From NCBI GenBank assembly GCA_964035545.1, contig OZ037765.1, forward strand, positions 13,898,698 through 13,962,697: DNA of 64,000 nucleotides, in the 5' to 3' direction. Source of the DNA: Bugula neritina. Its lineage: Eukaryota; Animalia; Bryozoa. Within the stretch, counting starts at the first letter, position 1. The number at the start of each line of letters is the position of its first letter. This document shows positions 61,923-64,000 of this stretch, piece after piece. The position numbers were made by a program, and so were the translations under genes. Under the pieces are notes generated by a model that was not told the origin of the DNA, did not search any database, and worked only from the letters and a program-made list of their open reading frames with translations.

Positions 61923-64000
61923 AAAAGCAATATATTGCAGTTGTTACTTATGTGTTAAAAGATTTCAAGAATAAAACTATTTTTATTAAAATTGTACTTG
62001 TGTGTAAATGAGTAACTGGCTCATGAAATTATTGTAAGTTGTTGTTATTAAAAGCAAACTACCATCTCTTTAAAAGTAAATACCTCCTTTTTGCATTTGA
62101 TGTTGAGTTAGTTTTATAGTTCAATCAAAATAAACTTATTGCCTATATTACCTATCAAATTAGCTAGTTTCAGCTTAGTATATTCAATGTGTGATATGTT
62201 ACCAATTCAGGCGTCATGATTAAACGATCATTTTGTGTTGTTAATAACTATTATCTCCTCCATGTATATTCATCATAAAATTTTAAGCAAGTGACATGTA
62301 TAAATGTAAGGACTGCATATGAATGAGCTCCAAAACTACTAGTTTTTGTAATTACAAGCATTTATTTTACCTACATCAGTTATCCAATAATATTTTATTC
62401 AACAAGTTTAAACACTGTAATTTCAAAATATATTATAATTGAAATATTGATCAAGCAATAATTACAAACAATTATAGCATATGACTGTATAAACATTAAA
62501 CTATAGAGCAACTCTTGAATCACAGGAATAAAAAAGTGGATATAGCAAAGTTGGCTGTAATTTAATTTAATATACAACATAATCTAATTTAAGGACTGGA
62601 AGAATAGCTGTTGATAACATAGTAGAAAATATGATAAAAACAATCAATAGTCTAGTAAAACTACCAAAAAAGTGTCACATAGCTGTTCATGTGAAATGCT
62701 AAACTTGGAGCATGAGCAAAATTGATTTAAAATGTCATTTATATAAAGGTGTGAATTACATTAATTAATTCTTGTTATGTGTTGCTATTACGCATATTTC
62801 AAAATGACTTTTGATTTACTAATAAAAAAATAAATATTTTGCTGAAAATGTTAAAATTTTTTAAACCTGCTAGCTTTAAAGACCCTTTAACTAGTTAACA
62901 AAGCTATGTTAAATTTAACCTAAATTTGGTAAAGTGTAAACACTTCTTTAATTGAGTCAGGTAAATCCATGAAATGCACTCAGACACCTAATCTTTCACC
63001 TATAATCAACTAATTAGAAAAATTTGTAGACTTCACAGCGTTGGTACCATGTAGAACAGCGGTTGCGCAGTTCATCGGACAATAGCTTGTGTTTTTAGCA
63101 ACTATAACATGTAATCTTTGGTCATGTTATTAGGTATTTTAGCCAAGTGCGTTTACATCTTTTAGTTAGTGAGTTGGGCACATCTGATAATCATTCTAAT
63201 TAATTTAAAGAAAGTGCTAAAAACCTTCCATCATTGTTGTAGGTAATTAGTAGATTGAAATTAACGGTTTATGGTCTTGCAGCATATAGCCTTACTTTTA
63301 GCTAATGCATGCAGTTTTTAATTACTTATTGCAATATCTTATTACAATGTACAATGTAGAACAAAACTGCAATAATGCAAATTTAAATGAAAATGTTTAA
63401 TAGGATTATCTAGGTGGTATACACAAACTTATTTGTTTCTGATTGATCAATTACAAACTGGGTGTTTTGACATAGCACATGGTAAACAAATTCATTACAA
63501 AGAATTATCTGAAGCTATGACATTAAAAAACTAGATACCACAAAAAAGTTACTAATTGCAACTTGCAAGTATGCAAGTGAAAACTTCTCACACGACAAAA
63601 GCTCAAGGATGATAGCACAAAGAATAGGGTAGGAAGCTCAGTTGTTATCGGCAGTGAAATAAAATAATACTTATCAATGCTTGCATGTATCTACCAATAC
63701 TGCTTATATATAAAAGCAGCAGCTTTCATTTCATATTTTAATTAACTGGTTGTTGCTAATATTTTGTATCCAATTTACTATATAAACTGGCAATTATACT
63801 CAAGTCTGTCAATTTATTTTGAAGATCTCTGCACACCAACAGTCTTTATAAGAATAGGATCAGGTGCTTGGCTCTAGATTATTATATACGTGCAACTAAT
63901 TTCTTTAATATTGCAATTAGTACACACTAACGGATGAAGTTGGTTTTATTGGGCCACAAAAATATATCCAATTATTTCTCATAAAATATTTGCTTAGGTT

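Overview
AT-rich, intron-containing animal (invertebrate-type) genomic DNA; species cannot be fixed from sequence alone. Seven host genes were reconstructed by eye from GT-AG splice sites: an uncharacterised membrane protein (-, 12943-14297), a divergent fatty acyl-CoA reductase (+, 17853-22820), TIMM22 (-, 22865-24087), a 2OG-Fe(II) dioxygenase (-, 24860-29793), CDCA7 (+, 42878-45992), WDR18 (+, 49049-59177) and a paralogue of the first gene (+, 60406-61922). Mobile DNA: two young Ty3/Gypsy LTR retrotransposons on the minus strand (4438-11165, internally deleted and carrying an extra C2H2 zinc-finger ORF; 34427-41655, apparently intact), two RTE LINEs (one with a 17-bp TSD whose 5' end is a twister-ribozyme cleavage product), a tRNA-derived SINE family sharing a segment with the RTE 5' UTR, several MITEs, a probable solo LTR and a perfect (GT)249. 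Best leads: the Gypsy accessory zinc-finger/coiled-coil gene, the twister-capped RTE and the FAR lacking its catalytic Tyr. All coordinates were read manually and may be off by a few bases; no searches were run.
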